In this document: positions 10,141 through 19,998 of the stretch, in pieces
Numbering within the stretch: the first letter of the stretch is position 1
Layout: every line of letters starts with the position of its first letter
NCBI GenBank assembly: GCA_900772775.1
Contig: CAAGRW010000043.1
Coordinates: forward strand, 62 to 64,061
Source: Candidatus Rifleibacteriota bacterium
GTDB taxonomy: Bacteria; Vulcanimicrobiota; Xenobia; Xenobiales; Xenobiaceae
Direction of reading: 5' to 3'
DNA length: 64,000 bases
Notes under the pieces: model-generated
Databases searched by the model: none
Told to the model about the DNA's origin: nothing
What the model saw: the letters and a program-made list of their open reading frames with translations, nothing else
Made by a program: the position numbers and the translations under genes

Positions 10141-11082
10141 ATGTCTTGTGTGGCCGTAGTAGCCGTAGGCGGCAACTCTTTAATTAAAGATAAACAGCAT
10201 CAAACTGTACCCGATCAGTATAACGCTGTATGTGAAACCGTTTCTCACGTAGTGAATATGATTGAAGACGGTTGGGAAGTAGTTCTTACTCATGGCAACG
10301 GCCCTCAGGTCGGCTTTATTTTATTGCGCAGCGAGACAGCTCACGAAGCTATCCACACTGTGCCCGTCGACTCTGCTGTAGCCGATACCCAAGGTGCTAT
10401 CGGTTATCAGTTCCAGATGGCTTTACACAACGAATTCTTGAAGCGTGGCTTGAATAAAGGTTGCGCTACTGTGGTTACTCAGGTTGTGGTTGGAGCCGAC
10501 GATCCCGCTTTCCACAATCCTACTAAGCCTATTGGTCCCTTCATGGACGAAGCTCAAGCCAAACAGCGTCACGAAGCTGATGGTTGGGATGTCATGGAAG
10601 ATGCCGGTCGTGGTTGGCGTCGTGTAGTGGCTTCTCCTAAGCCCCAAAAGATTGTCGAATTAGAATCTATCCGCGCTTTAATCAACGCTGGTCAAGTAGT
10701 GATCGCCGTTGGTGGCGGTGGCGTGCCTGTAGTTGAAAAAGACGGACGCTATACCGGTGTAGCGGCTGTTATCGATAAGGATTATGCTTCTGGTCTTTTA
10801 GCTGCCAACTTAGATGTAGATTCTTTCATTATTTCTACAGCTGTAGACAAGGTTTATATCAATTTTGGTAAACCCAACCAGCAAGCTCTCGACACCGTAA
10901 CCATTTCCGAAGCTAAAAAATATATGGCTGAAGGGCAGTTCGCCAAGGGCAGCATGGCTCCCAAAGTAGAAGCTGCTATCAAATTCTTGGAAGCTGGCGG
11001 CAAAGAAGCCATTATTACCAATCCTGAGAATTTGAGCAAAGCTGTTAAAGGCTTAGCCGGAACTCGCTTCGTAAAAGACTAA
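10141..11082 (+). CDS. arcC: carbamate kinase (alternative ORF start 10111)
   Basis: MSCVAVVAVGGNSL... matches the carbamate kinase N-terminus. GGAGG lies 8 nt upstream of the ATG at 10141. Confidence 0.8.
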   Translation: MSCVAVVAVGGNSLIKDKQHQTVPDQYNAVCETVSHVVNMIEDGWEVVLTHGNGPQVGFILLRSETAHEAIHTVPVDSAVADTQGAIGYQFQMALHNEFLKRGLNKGCATVVTQVVVGADDPAFHNPTKPIGPFMDEAQAKQRHEADGWDVMEDAGRGWRRVVASPKPQKIVELESIRALINAGQVVIAVGGGGVPVVEKDGRYTGVAAVIDKDYASGLLAANLDVDSFIISTAVDKVYINFGKPNQQALDTVTISEAKKYMAEGQFAKGSMAPKVEAAIKFLEAGGKEAIITNPENLSKAVKGLAGTRFVKD

Positions 11083-11104
11083 TTTATTAAGCGCTAGTTG
11101 ACAA

Positions 11105-11142
11105 AAAAGGCTATTCTGCACTGTCAGAATAGTCTTTTTTTT
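11105..11142. terminator. rho-independent terminator after arcC (stem CTATTCTG/CAGAATAG, T8 run)
   Basis: Hairpin followed by tcttttttttg. There is an A-run on the 5' side. Confidence 0.65.
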
Positions 11143-11217
11143 GATAATTTATAAGTATTTAAATAATAATAACTTTTAAGTATAATAGTCGTAGAAAATA
11201 CATAAACGGAGATCGCT

Positions 11218-11580
11218 TTGCATAATATTCATTTTTATCGTGACAAGAGTGGTCGAGAACCAGTACTTGAATATTTGGAAGAATTGGCCGCCAGAAAGGA
11301 CAAGGACAGCAGAATAAAACTAAATAAAATAAACGACTACATTGAAGTGTTAAGTAGGTACGGTACTCAAGCCGGTGAGCCTTATATGAAATATCTTGGT
11401 GATGATATTTGGGAATTGAGACCACTGCGAGATAGGATTATTTTTGTAAGTTGGATTAATGGAAGTTATGTTTTGCTTCACTGTTTTGTCAAGAAAACAC
11501 AAAAAACTCCCAAGCGAGAATTGGAAAAAGCTAAACGTGAACTTGTGGATTTAAAGGCAAGGAGTGGTCAATATGAATGA
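11218..11580 (+). CDS. higB: type II toxin-antitoxin toxin, HigB/RelE-like (phage Gp49-like, DUF891/COG4679 family)
   Basis: TTG start with GGAGA 6 nt upstream. Shows a ~120-aa Gp49-like pattern (HFYRDKSGREPVLEYL..., DDIWELRP...). The locus is AT-rich. Confidence 0.6.
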   Translation: MHNIHFYRDKSGREPVLEYLEELAARKDKDSRIKLNKINDYIEVLSRYGTQAGEPYMKYLGDDIWELRPLRDRIIFVSWINGSYVLLHCFVKKTQKTPKRELEKAKRELVDLKARSGQYE

Positions 11581-11890
11581 ACATAAAAATATTCAAGAAG
11601 AAATTAATGGTGCCATTGGAAGCAATTGGAAAGAAGTGAGAGCAAAGTTATTTACTTCAGAAGAAATTGCCGAAAGTGATTTGCGAGTATCTCTCATTGG
11701 AGAGATTATTAAAGCTAGACAAGAGAAGGGGATTAGTCAGAAAAAACTTGAGGAACTCAGCGGAGTAAAACAGCCTATTATCGCCAGAATGGAAAAGGGA
11801 ACAACTAATCCGCAGTTGGATACCATACTAAAAGTACTGGTGCCTTTAGGAAAAACTTTAGCTGTCGTTCCTTTGCAAGCGGGTTCCTAG
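11573..11890 (+). CDS. higA: HTH (XRE-family) antitoxin, HigA-like (COG5606)
   Basis: The ATG overlaps the toxin stop (ATGAATGA). It has its own SD (AGGAGTGG). The HTH is ISQKKLEELSGVKQPIIARMEKG. Confidence 0.6.
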   Translation: MNEHKNIQEEINGAIGSNWKEVRAKLFTSEEIAESDLRVSLIGEIIKARQEKGISQKKLEELSGVKQPIIARMEKGTTNPQLDTILKVLVPLGKTLAVVPLQAGS

Positions 11891-11897
11891 AGTCTTT

Positions 11898-13067
11898 TTA
11901 CAATTGGGCGGACAATTGTGAGAGCGGAAGCAAGGCAGAAATAACTACCATACCTACTACTATGCCCATAAAGAGAATAAGGCACGGCTCTAGCCAGCGG
12001 ATCATGGTTTGGCGGCGGCGGGCTAGCTCGCGCTCGTAGAAGCTGGCAGCCGAAGTGAGCATCTCATCCATGTTACCAGTTTTTTCGCCTGTTCTTAAAA
12101 ATTGTTGCAATAGTGGCGGAATAAGCTGAATGCGAGAAAGTGAATTGGACAGGCCGTCGCCACGTTCGACGGCTTGTTCTACACCGCGCAGCTCTTTATC
12201 TAAAGCAGCATTGTCTACTACTTCGCGGCTCATTTGCAAAGAGCGCACCAAAGGTACGCCGGAGCTTTGCAATAAGGCTAAAGTGCGAGCCCATCTAGCT
12301 AAAAGACCGGCCTTGATCATGCGGCCTAAAATTGGAAAGTTCATCTTAAGTTTGTCTTTAGTCAAATTGGAAAGAGAATGAGAAACTAAAAAGACAATAA
12401 TAATGGCTCCACCCAAAACTACCGGCCCCCAGCTGCGTAAGAAGGTACCAGCATTGATCATCAGTTGAGTAATGGCGGGAAGTTCGTTACCTGTAGAGTC
12501 GTACATCTCTTGGATTACAGGTGTCAAAAACATTACTAAAGCAATTAAGAGCACTATTGAAAGTGAAACTAACACTACAGGATAAGCCAAGGCTGATTGC
12601 AAGGCGCGACGGTGTTCTATTTCGTCTTGTAAAAAGTTGGCGTAACGCTCCAAAATAATGCCAGGTTGGCCGGCTTCTTCACCGGCACTGACCATACGCA
12701 CCAACATAGGAGGGAATATACTATCTTCGGTTAGGCTGCTGGATAGGCTTTCGCCTTCACGCAAACGCACTTGTACTCTGGCCAAAGCTTTGCGCAATTT
12801 GGCACTTTCAGCCGATTCGGCCAGCGAGCCCAAGGCTTCATCCATAGGAATGCCCGACTTAAGCAAAGCTGACAATTGCAACACTGTATAGGCCAAATCT
12901 TCGTCGCCGGCTTGTCCGCCTTTGGTTCCGCCGTCTTCTTCTACTTTGGTAGGGAAAATTTTGCGCTCTTTAAGCTTTTGGTGAGCTACGGCATGGGAAA
13001 CCGCCGCCACCAGGCCCTTCACTTGTTTGCCTTTACTGTCGGTACCTTCGTAAGAATAAAGAGGCAT
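11898..13067 (-). CDS. gspF: type II secretion system inner-membrane platform protein GspF (PilC-like)
   Basis: Duplicated GspF domain architecture, three TM segments, the typical N-terminus MPLYSYEGTDSKGKQVKG. Confidence 0.85.
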   Translation of the reverse strand: MPLYSYEGTDSKGKQVKGLVAAVSHAVAHQKLKERKIFPTKVEEDGGTKGGQAGDEDLAYTVLQLSALLKSGIPMDEALGSLAESAESAKLRKALARVQVRLREGESLSSSLTEDSIFPPMLVRMVSAGEEAGQPGIILERYANFLQDEIEHRRALQSALAYPVVLVSLSIVLLIALVMFLTPVIQEMYDSTGNELPAITQLMINAGTFLRSWGPVVLGGAIIIVFLVSHSLSNLTKDKLKMNFPILGRMIKAGLLARWARTLALLQSSGVPLVRSLQMSREVVDNAALDKELRGVEQAVERGDGLSNSLSRIQLIPPLLQQFLRTGEKTGNMDEMLTSAASFYERELARRRQTMIRWLEPCLILFMGIVVGMVVISALLPLSQLSAQL

Positions 13068-13107
13068 AGCGCTTTAACGTATTCTCCTTAAGTTTTGCTC
13101 CGAAAAA

Positions 13108-14550
13108 TTATAAGCGGGCGGCCCGCAGCGCTTCTTGCGGGGTAGTTAAGCCCAATTCCACTTTCTTAATGGCGTCATCTAAAAGGGTGGCCATGCCTTT
13201 GTCGCGGGCCGCCTTGCCCAAAATACGTGAGTCTTCCGAGCGAGCGATTCGGCTGCGCAAGTCTTCGTCTACGCTCATAATTTCGTAGATGCCCAAGCGG
13301 CCTTTGTAACCGGAACCGTGACATTGAGGGCAGCCGACCGGTTTATAAAATTGCGATCCGGCAGGCACTTTCTGAATGCCCAAACGATATAAATCGTTGG
13401 GATCAGGATCGCAAGGCTGCTTACAATGTGGACACAAGTTGCGCACCAAACGCTGAGCCATAGCGCCCAAAAGCGAGGAAGACAACAAATATGGCGGTAT
13501 GCCCAGATCAAGTAAACGGGTGGCGGCGGTGGGGGCGTCGTTGGTATGCAAAGTAGACAGCACCAAGTGACCTGTCAAAGCGGCGTGAATGGCAATATCG
13601 GCCGTTTCTGGGTCGCGGATTTCACCGACCATAATGACGTCAGGGTCTTGACGCAATACTGAGCGCAAACCGCTGGCAAAAGTCATGCCAATCTTTTCGT
13701 TGACTTGAATTTGACCTACACCGGCCAACTGATATTCTACAGGATCTTCAATAGTAATAATGTTGCGCTCCGGAGAGCGGATTATATCCAAAATGGCATA
13801 GAGAGTAGTTGTCTTACCTGAACCGGTAGGGCCGGTAATCAAAAATAAACCATAAGGATGGCTGACTAGATCGGTGACAACTTGGCGATCATGCTCATTG
13901 AGGCCCAATTGTTTGAGGCTAAGCATGCGCAAATTCTTTTCCAAAAGACGCATAACGACGCGCTCGCCGTGCAAAGTGGGCACAATAGAAACACGCACAT
14001 CTAACTGTCTATCACCGGAATGTACATGCAAGCGACCGTCTTGAGGATGGCGCGTTTCGGCTAAGTCCAAATTAGACATTACTTTGACGCGAGCTACCAA
14101 TTGGGGATGGCTGGAACGAGCCATTTTGTGCACTTCATGCAAAACGCCGTCGATACGCATGCGCACTACGGTTTGCTCGGCATAAGGCTCGATGTGAATG
14201 TCTGAAGTGCGCGTCTCCATGGCTTTAAGGAATAAAGTATTGAGCAAGCGCACAATAGGAGCATCGGCTGCGTCAGCTAGCAAGTCTTGGCTTATATCGA
14301 CGTCTTTGGTATCGTCAGTTTCGTCACTTTGGCCCAAGTTCTCTTCGTCGACCATCATGCGGCGCAAGCCGTTTTCCAGCTCTTCCACACTCATGACTAC
14401 AGGAATGACATCTTTATGCAAGAGCAAGCGGATATCTTCAAAGAGTTGGCGTGGAGTATCTTTATGGATACCTATCTTAATAAAGCTCTCTTCTTCTTCT
14501 AAAGGCAGAATATGGTGGCGTTGATAAAACTCGGTAGGAATTGAAGGCAC
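13108..14550 (-). CDS. gspE: type II secretion ATPase GspE
   Basis: Walker A (GPTGSGKTTTLYA), the tetracysteine CxxC...CxxC C-terminal motif, and the GspE N1 domain. Confidence 0.9.
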   Translation of the reverse strand: MPSIPTEFYQRHHILPLEEEESFIKIGIHKDTPRQLFEDIRLLLHKDVIPVVMSVEELENGLRRMMVDEENLGQSDETDDTKDVDISQDLLADAADAPIVRLLNTLFLKAMETRTSDIHIEPYAEQTVVRMRIDGVLHEVHKMARSSHPQLVARVKVMSNLDLAETRHPQDGRLHVHSGDRQLDVRVSIVPTLHGERVVMRLLEKNLRMLSLKQLGLNEHDRQVVTDLVSHPYGLFLITGPTGSGKTTTLYAILDIIRSPERNIITIEDPVEYQLAGVGQIQVNEKIGMTFASGLRSVLRQDPDVIMVGEIRDPETADIAIHAALTGHLVLSTLHTNDAPTAATRLLDLGIPPYLLSSSLLGAMAQRLVRNLCPHCKQPCDPDPNDLYRLGIQKVPAGSQFYKPVGCPQCHGSGYKGRLGIYEIMSVDEDLRSRIARSEDSRILGKAARDKGMATLLDDAIKKVELGLTTPQEALRAARL

Positions 14551-14608
14551 AGAAGTTCTCCTAGCTCAAAACAAAATGCTAAAGAGCATACTCGCGTTAA
14601 AGTCTATT

Positions 14609-17152
14609 CTATTGACGATTCTCCAAGCTGACGGGAGCGGGAAGAACCTCTCCTTCCTTAAGATCGGAAGGAGCAGTCGTCGAGCCGGAAGCCGGAGTTA
14701 TTTTTACCGTTGCTGGAGTGAGAGTCCCTTCCGCTTCGGTAGGCACTTCGGCGCTGGCTGTGCGCAATTGCTCTTGCTTAGGCAAAGGATCTTGCATATT
14801 GCTATAAACGGCATGATCGGCATCCATTTTGTCAAAAACGCGGCGCTTGGCTACATTGGCATAACGGCGGCTTTGCTTTTTGCTAAGCTTGCGGTTGCGA
14901 TTATTCTTGTTAGTATCGGCTAATTGCTTTTGGCTTTCGTCTTTATTCTCTACAGAAGAAGTTTGGCTCGACTTGCCATTTTTCTTATCAGTGGCTTTAG
15001 TGACTTTGGCTTCGGAAGAATGCTCGTCGGTAGCTTTTACTTCGGGAACGGTTTGCAAAGTGTCGCGGTTTTCGTAATTTTGATCGCCAGCTTCGCCTAT
15101 GCCGTCAAGGTAGGGAGTAATAGCACTGTCTTTGGCATCGACAGTTTCGTCCAAATCGACAATCTTGGGAGTTAAAGAAATAAAGATACTGGTCTTTTGA
15201 TCGTCTGTACTCTTATCGCGGAAGAGCCAGCCTAATAAAGGCAGATCTTTGAGAATAGGCACACCTTTTACTTGATCGGAAGTGCGCTTAGAAATTAAAC
15301 CACCAATCAGCAAAGTTTTGCCATCGGGAATAGTGACAGTAGTATCGACGCTGCGATTGGAAACTACAGGGGCACTAAACTTGACGCCGGCCATCTCTTG
15401 ATCGAGATACTCAGTGACTTCTTGAATTTCTTGCTTTACTTCCATGCGGATCTTGCCGGTACGGCTCATGTGAGGAGTTACTTCCAACTTGATACCTACT
15501 TCGCGGTAGTCAAAAGTAACGGTGGGGGAGCCGTAAGCATCAAGCTTACCTCCGGTAGCAAAAGGAACTACTTGGCCGACGTTAATGGTGGCTTTCTTGT
15601 TGTCTTGGGTAAGTACGCGAGGAGCAGAAATTAAATTGAAATCGTTGCTGGAATTGAGAGCAGACAAGTAAGCGAAAAACTCGGGAACGTCTACGCTCTG
15701 GTTGCTGACCGTAATGGTGCGGGTATTTCCTCCAACTACACCGGCGACGAAGTTGCCTCCAGCCAGGACGTTAAGTAAGCCTTCTTCAGTTAGACCGCCT
15801 TTATAAGAACCGATAACACCACCGGAAGTGAGAGCTTGCCAACCAATACCCAATTCGGCTGCTCTCTTGAGTGAAACTTCGGCTACGATAGCAGAAATTT
15901 GCACTTGACTGCGTTCGGCGTCCAATTTGGCAATGACCGCCTTAAGCTCGTCATATTCAGAAGGAGATATATAAAGAACTAGAGAGTTTGTGTCGCTGTC
16001 GGCTGAAACTTTAGAGGAAGTAAAGCCCACAGTAGCAGGGTTGTCTTTGGCTCCGGTGGGGCCGGTTACACCGTCAGAAGCACTGCGGAAATTGTTGCTG
16101 GTATTCTTGACAGCATTTTCTGTAGCCGGTACTTTGGATTCTTTGAGTTGCTCTTCAACGGCTTTTTGACGCTCGGAAAGCATATCGGAGAGGATCTTGG
16201 CTACATCTTCGGCTTGAGCAAACTGAAGGTGGTAAACGAAGAAGCGAGCCGGCTCCGTTTTGGTGGGGGCGGCCATGGGAATGTCTAACTTCTTCAAGAT
16301 CTTTTTTACATCACGCAAATCTTTAGGATAGGCGCTGATAACGACACCGTTAGAAGGGCCGAAAGCGGCAATACCAAAGGTCTTTTTCGTTTCTTTGTCG
16401 TTATAGAGAGGTTTAATGGCCGCCACAACCTTTTCGGCTTCCATATATTTAGGGAAGACTACTTCAGTCTTTAAGCTAGGCTCTAAACTATCCAAACTTT
16501 TGACAATTTGGCCGATACGATTGACTATAGAGGCTTTATCTACCACTAAAACGGCCAAACCGTCTTTGTAGGCGCTCAAAACGCCATTCTCAGACAACAA
16601 AGGTTTAACAGCGTTGACGACACTTTCGGGATCGCCTTGGCTCATAATCAAGACGGCCATTACATATTCTTCGCCAGTAGGATTGGCTTGCAAAGCTGGC
16701 ATGAAAGAACCCATGCTTCTGGCTGTACTGCCGGGCACAATTTGTACATGATCGCCACGATTGACGACTGTGAAACCGTAACGATTGACCGCTGCTTTGA
16801 AAATATCCCAAGCTTCGGGAATGCTCACTTCTCGCGAAGACAAAATCGTCAACTTGCCTTTAACTTTTTCGTCCACAATAATATTGCGTCCGGTCAACTC
16901 GCTCATTACTCGGGAGAGAACGCGAATGTCGATATTTTCAAAGTTGAGCAAAATATGGCCGTTGCGCATTGAATCTGCTATGGTCTTGCTCAGCATAGGC
17001 TTTTGCGGCTCTGTTTCGCTGTTTTTGGCCGGATCGTTTGAAAAGGCCGGTGCGACTGATACCAGCACCGTCAGCAAAGCTGTCACTATGTATACTCGAA
17101 ACTTATTCACTGCTAGCGTGCTCCTGCAAGATTCCATTCGGGATTGGCCCAA
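14609..17152 (-). CDS. gspD: type II secretion secretin GspD with a ~200-aa Lys/Asn/Ser-rich C-terminal extension
   Basis: Signal peptide, N domains, and the secretin core ...GGLISKRTSDQVKGVPILKDLPLLGWLFRD... The last ~200 aa (about 14609-15210) are low complexity. Confidence 0.88.
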   Translation of the reverse strand: MGQSRMESCRSTLAVNKFRVYIVTALLTVLVSVAPAFSNDPAKNSETEPQKPMLSKTIADSMRNGHILLNFENIDIRVLSRVMSELTGRNIIVDEKVKGKLTILSSREVSIPEAWDIFKAAVNRYGFTVVNRGDHVQIVPGSTARSMGSFMPALQANPTGEEYVMAVLIMSQGDPESVVNAVKPLLSENGVLSAYKDGLAVLVVDKASIVNRIGQIVKSLDSLEPSLKTEVVFPKYMEAEKVVAAIKPLYNDKETKKTFGIAAFGPSNGVVISAYPKDLRDVKKILKKLDIPMAAPTKTEPARFFVYHLQFAQAEDVAKILSDMLSERQKAVEEQLKESKVPATENAVKNTSNNFRSASDGVTGPTGAKDNPATVGFTSSKVSADSDTNSLVLYISPSEYDELKAVIAKLDAERSQVQISAIVAEVSLKRAAELGIGWQALTSGGVIGSYKGGLTEEGLLNVLAGGNFVAGVVGGNTRTITVSNQSVDVPEFFAYLSALNSSNDFNLISAPRVLTQDNKKATINVGQVVPFATGGKLDAYGSPTVTFDYREVGIKLEVTPHMSRTGKIRMEVKQEIQEVTEYLDQEMAGVKFSAPVVSNRSVDTTVTIPDGKTLLIGGLISKRTSDQVKGVPILKDLPLLGWLFRDKSTDDQKTSIFISLTPKIVDLDETVDAKDSAITPYLDGIGEAGDQNYENRDTLQTVPEVKATDEHSSEAKVTKATDKKNGKSSQTSSVENKDESQKQLADTNKNNRNRKLSKKQSRRYANVAKRRVFDKMDADHAVYSNMQDPLPKQEQLRTASAEVPTEAEGTLTPATVKITPASGSTTAPSDLKEGEVLPAPVSLENRQ

Positions 17153-18003
17153 GTACCGGAAATATTGACTTTGTGCGTACCAAACATTTTTGTTTTGAAG
17201 GTGAGATCGCCGTTAAGCATGGGCGAATTGCTTTGAGGGGTTGAGCGCAAGGACACGAGTCCTTCACCGGTTACATCTTGACTGTAAAGAGTGAGTCTGC
17301 TGTTTACAGAAGTGCGCTTGGGGGAATTTTCCGCTGTCTGGACTTCGGCGGAAGAACCGGCCTGGCCGCTGCGGGCGGAAGTCGAAGCTTCGTAAGGCTC
17401 AATGGTGATATTGGCGCCTATCTCCAAATCGTGTAATTCGATGGGCAAGGAACCTTTTAAAGACGGTACCTTAAGATTGAGCGTCCCTTTGCCTTTGGAA
17501 GACAAATAGTTGTAATTGAGCTGACCGCTCAGCTGAACAGCTTTCAAATCTTTGGAACCGGTGTCTAATGCCAAATTTTCACTCTTAAAGTTTAACTCGG
17601 AAGCGTTTAAGCTAAGCGAGGCTGTACCTGGAATGGCATTGTCTTTCTTTTCCGTATCTTTGGTGGCAGAAGCAGAACTTGAGTCGGTAGTATTTCCGCT
17701 GCGGGCTTCAGCCAAAACTTTAGCTGAATCGTATTGAGTGAAATTGACGCTCAAGCCTTTCAAGGAATAGCCTATAAAAGCTTTGTCGGCTGTAAAATAA
17801 CCACCAGTAGGGAGAGTAACTAAGAGCTTATTTAAGTTTACTCCCGTAAAGCCCATAGACATTTCGTCCCAAGTTATGACAATACCAGTAGCTTTTTCGG
17901 TTGAGGCTATAACCCGGCTTAATATTGTTTCGTAGGGCAAGCGTACCAGCAAGACCAAAACAAAAACAAGCAGCCAGACGCCTACTTTGGCTAAAAGTTT
18001 CAT
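17113..18003 (-). CDS. putative T2SS protein N (GspN-like): N-terminal TM anchor plus periplasmic Ser/Thr-rich domain
   Basis: It sits between gspM-like and gspD, with the right size and topology for GspN. It overlaps the gspD start. Confidence 0.45.
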   Translation of the reverse strand: MKLLAKVGVWLLVFVLVLLVRLPYETILSRVIASTEKATGIVITWDEMSMGFTGVNLNKLLVTLPTGGYFTADKAFIGYSLKGLSVNFTQYDSAKVLAEARSGNTTDSSSASATKDTEKKDNAIPGTASLSLNASELNFKSENLALDTGSKDLKAVQLSGQLNYNYLSSKGKGTLNLKVPSLKGSLPIELHDLEIGANITIEPYEASTSARSGQAGSSAEVQTAENSPKRTSVNSRLTLYSQDVTGEGLVSLRSTPQSNSPMLNGDLTFKTKMFGTHKVNISGTWANPEWNLAGAR

Positions 18004-18452
18004 GACGGCACCTCGACCATAAACTCTAAATTCCAGCGACCGTTGCCGTCACTGTCGTCAAGGCTGAAACTTTTGACAATAACGTTGGCCGTTCTCATGG
18101 AGTCGAGCAATTCGGTAATTTGTTCTGCGGTGACAGAACGCAATTTTACTTGGACACCTTGACTATTTTTGTAGGGATTGTTGCTCTCTACGTTTTTTTC
18201 AAGGTTCTTTAGTACGGAAGTGCTCATCCAAGATGCCGTGTTGGGATTGGGCACAGCTTTGGAATTTTTGGAGCGAGAGAAGTCTTGCATGGCTTGAGTA
18301 ATGCCTTTGCGCTCCAAACGCAAGCGGGAAACTCTGGCTTCGGTGGCGCTGATCGCTTTGTAACGAGGTACAGCATAAAATATCGCCCAAAGCAAAGCGG
18401 CCAACACCAAAATAACTATAAAAAGTAATTGTCTGGAAACGTTTTGGTTCAT
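18000..18452 (-). CDS. putative T2SS protein M (GspM-like)
   Basis: 150 aa with a single N-terminal TM (LLFIVILVLAALLWAIFYAV). Its position is immediately downstream of the GspL-like gene, with a 4-bp overlap. Confidence 0.5.
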   Translation of the reverse strand: MNQNVSRQLLFIVILVLAALLWAIFYAVPRYKAISATEARVSRLRLERKGITQAMQDFSRSKNSKAVPNPNTASWMSTSVLKNLEKNVESNNPYKNSQGVQVKLRSVTAEQITELLDSMRTANVIVKSFSLDDSDGNGRWNLEFMVEVPS

Positions 18453-19795
18453 GGGGCCGGCACTTCTCCTTCAATAGAGAATGAAACCACGTCTTGGCGG
18501 CCTTTTTTGTTTTCTAAAATTTCTGGCTTTTGTAAGATACCTTCAATGCCTTGGCGGAATTCTTCAACTTGCTGAACAGAGCGAGCCTGTCCTTGCAAAG
18601 TCATGGTCGGCACCTCTTTTTCGGCCGCAAAATCCATTTTCCGAATTTCCAAATTGGGCTGTTTGCTTAAAGGACGAGCCATTTGGGCCATAAGTTCCAA
18701 AATATATTCGGGAGAAGAACGCTTGTTGGCTATGTTGGTTTCGGTCAACTTATTTAAAGCGCTCTGATAATCTTCGGGATCTTGCTTAGCTAGATCTGGC
18801 AATACTTGCGCGGCGGCTTCTTGGTAGACGGCCTTTTGCTGATCTAGGCTTTTATTGGCGGTATAGTTGTGTATCTCTAAATTTAAAGTAGCTAGAGATA
18901 ACAATATGAACAGCCAGACAGCGTACTTCCAAGGAATAGTGGGCTCTTCTTCGACAATGTGGACAAGTTGTACTCCCTGAACGCCGGGCTTATTGGCTAA
19001 AGCCATACCATAGGCTACGGCGTCTGTGTAGGGACTTAAACCTGAAGGCATGGGCATAGGCTCGACCGCTTGTCCTAATAAAGACGACAATTCTTCAGGC
19101 AAGCCTTTCATTTGGGCGCCGCCGCCACAAATAAAAACTTTGTCGAAGGGAACGGGAGCGCTTAAGAGGCTGGTAGCCACTATATCTTGCAACCATTGTT
19201 GGCACTTTGGCTCCTCGGTGCCTACGGTGAGTTTAAGAGTTTCGGCTTCTTGATCGCCGAGTTTTTTTTCTAGAGAAATCTCTTTGGTAAGGCTACGTCC
19301 ACCTCGGAAAGAGACTTTGACCCAATAAATCGTGCCTTCTTTGATGGCGCACACAGTTGTTTTGGAAGCACCAAAGTCAAAAACGAGCGCTTCGTCAACT
19401 TTGGCTTCGTGACATAGGCGCAAATAAGCGAAAGGCTCGGCATCGATAATCGATTCTTCCGGAAGTTTGTGTTGCTCTTTAAATTCGGCTAACTGAGAGT
19501 TTAAGGTAATAGCAACTGTAGCGCTGTCTTCTTTAACGATCCAATCCCAAGAAGCTTCATCTATAGAGAAAGGCAAAGACAAGCGCAGCTCTTCTCTAAT
19601 AACGTTGCCTTGTATTTCGCGGCCGGAATCGGGAACATTAAGCGTCCTGATAGTCAGTTCGTCCGAAGGCATACTGACAATAGGCGACTTAAAGCTGGCG
19701 TACGAATCCAGCTTAGTAGGAGCTCCCCAGAGCAATCCTACTGATATTGCACGTGTCTCCGTATGTCCAAAGTCTAAACCCGCTGCGCGGAACAT
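18449..19795 (-). CDS. putative T2SS protein L (GspL-like; cytoplasmic actin-like domain, one TM, periplasmic domain)
   Basis: N-terminus MFRAAGLDFGHTETRAISVG (actin-like/PilM-like), a TM near residue 290, then a periplasmic region. It is the first gene of the minus-strand T2SS operon. Confidence 0.5.
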   Translation of the reverse strand: MFRAAGLDFGHTETRAISVGLLWGAPTKLDSYASFKSPIVSMPSDELTIRTLNVPDSGREIQGNVIREELRLSLPFSIDEASWDWIVKEDSATVAITLNSQLAEFKEQHKLPEESIIDAEPFAYLRLCHEAKVDEALVFDFGASKTTVCAIKEGTIYWVKVSFRGGRSLTKEISLEKKLGDQEAETLKLTVGTEEPKCQQWLQDIVATSLLSAPVPFDKVFICGGGAQMKGLPEELSSLLGQAVEPMPMPSGLSPYTDAVAYGMALANKPGVQGVQLVHIVEEEPTIPWKYAVWLFILLSLATLNLEIHNYTANKSLDQQKAVYQEAAAQVLPDLAKQDPEDYQSALNKLTETNIANKRSSPEYILELMAQMARPLSKQPNLEIRKMDFAAEKEVPTMTLQGQARSVQQVEEFRQGIEGILQKPEILENKKGRQDVVSFSIEGEVPAP

Positions 19796-19998
19796 AGTGT
19801 AACTCTTACTTAACAGGGTGTGTGCTCAAAGCTTATGTCTTTTATGGCCTACCCACCGGGCCCCAAACTTCACAACAAGCTGCTCGAACTTCTATGCCAA
19901 AGCGTCTAAACCTTCTACTTGAAGTTAGCTTCCCGAGAAGCCTGGCGCACTATTATAGCAAGAGGAATAAAACTTTTTTTGCCAAAAACGACCAAGTT

